Shown here piece by piece: positions 62,813 to 64,000 of a stretch of DNA of 64,000 bases. Source of the stretch: Macrostomum hystrix (Eukaryota; Animalia; Platyhelminthes); NCBI GenBank assembly GCA_950097015.1, contig CATNEN010000039.1, forward strand, positions 806,001 to 870,000, read 5' to 3'. Both the position numbers and the translations under genes were made by a program. The notes under the pieces are model-generated. The model did not search any database and was not told where the DNA came from. It was given only the letters and a program-made list of their open reading frames with translations. Positions within the stretch are counted from its first letter, which is position 1, and every line of letters begins with the position of its first letter.

Positions 62813-64000
62813 CTGGAAGCAGAGCATTTAGATTTTGCTTTTCCTTTCCGCTGTTATCAGTTCTAGTGGATCGTAATTAATCGGTTTTAAGTTTCGCAAC
62901 CTCCTAAAATGGTAATAATAAAGAGAATCTCAAGGCGATAAAATAAGGAAATAAAGTGGGCCAATCGCAGGAGAAATCAGGCGGCTGGCAATAACTCTAG
63001 CGCAGTTATCAAAATGGCCGACTTATACTCGCGCGAAATGGCGGGCCAGAGGGGGGCTGGACTGCTGCTCTCAATGCGGACAAACGACAGCGGGGCCGTT
63101 TTCGATTCAGACAGTTCAAGCGGCAGAATTAGCGGGCGATAACAGCCACGGCAGGTTGGGCTCCGAGTCTCTGACAGACCTCTCATAAACATATATATAC
63201 GATATACTGATGGAAATGTCCCACCCAGTCTAGCTGACGCGCAGCGAAAACTTAAACGAAATAAACACCAGCCCAGGCCTTCTAACACCTCCACCTCATC
63301 CTCCGCCTCTTTAACTGGCAACCAACCTTCCATCAACCGAAAGCCGTCAGCCAACTGCATTGCAGTATCGCAGACCCCCGCAATGCTTAGTTGGTTTGGG
63401 GAGGTTGGGGAATAGGGGAACAGTGAGCGAGAGACTGGGTGACTAAACACACTGTGTATTGGCGAGCTGGCAACAGATTTTTTTCAACCAAAACTCGTGG
63501 CCGGTGGGTCACGGGGATGGAGGGGGAGTGCGAATCAGATTTCCACGCTCAGGGTAGGAGAGCTCGGAAATTCGGGGCCTCTGGTTCCCCAATTTACAGG
63601 CACTGAATGGCAGCCAGGCTCGCCTCACTTTAGCTCTTCCGCTTAGCAGTTGGGCAAGGCACACTAATTTCCCCAGGATTTTGCGGTTTGCCCGCTGGCT
63701 AAGCATTTTGGCCATAACGGTGGTAGCCACAAAGCTAGCAGACTAGCTATCAGATTGCACTTCTTAGGGAGAATGCTAAGAATGCCAGTACTAGGCAGTC
63801 ATGGGTCTGCATCTGCAGCGACAAAATCGGTAAAATTGGGCATTGGGTAAAATCAATCTCTCAGAAGGGGCCTGGACAGCAAAAGTTGAAGTTTCGAAAA
63901 TTCCGCAGACGCGGGGCCGTAGCCAAACAGAGTCGAAGCGGCCGCCCCGATGACGTAATAGCTCTCTCAGTGGCCCACCCTGCCCCATAAGCGAAAGTTG

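Overview
Eukaryotic (invertebrate animal) genomic DNA, not prokaryotic. Genes are GT-AG spliced with GC-rich, Ala/Gln-rich exons, and about 17 kb (roughly a quarter) of the window is minisatellite. This style is consistent with a flatworm such as Macrostomum, but that is inference. Host genes: the 5' exon of Sar1 (-), a possible 2-exon orphan (-), a fibrinogen-related-domain gene (+), and six consecutive minus-strand genes. In transcription order these are a divergent NFI/CTF factor, a signal-peptide/C2H2/TM protein, an NR1J/HR96-like nuclear receptor, GPI, Cu/Zn SOD and a GCKIII (STK24/25/26) kinase. Mobile DNA: a hAT MITE, a decayed two-gene PIF/Harbinger, a Gypsy pol relic, a long-TIR MITE, a LINE scrap and an apparently intact Ngaro-type tyrosine-recombinase retrotransposon (13386-17830). 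The best lead is in that element: gag and RT/RNaseH are in one frame separated by a single TGA in a TGA-C context, and pol has no usable ATG, which implies stop readthrough or a 72-nt intron. Other leads: an operon-like GPI-SOD1 junction, one private minisatellite in nearly every long intron, NFI lacking its redox cysteine, and a nuclear receptor with an altered P-box behind a G-quadruplex array. All calls are by eye, without database searches.
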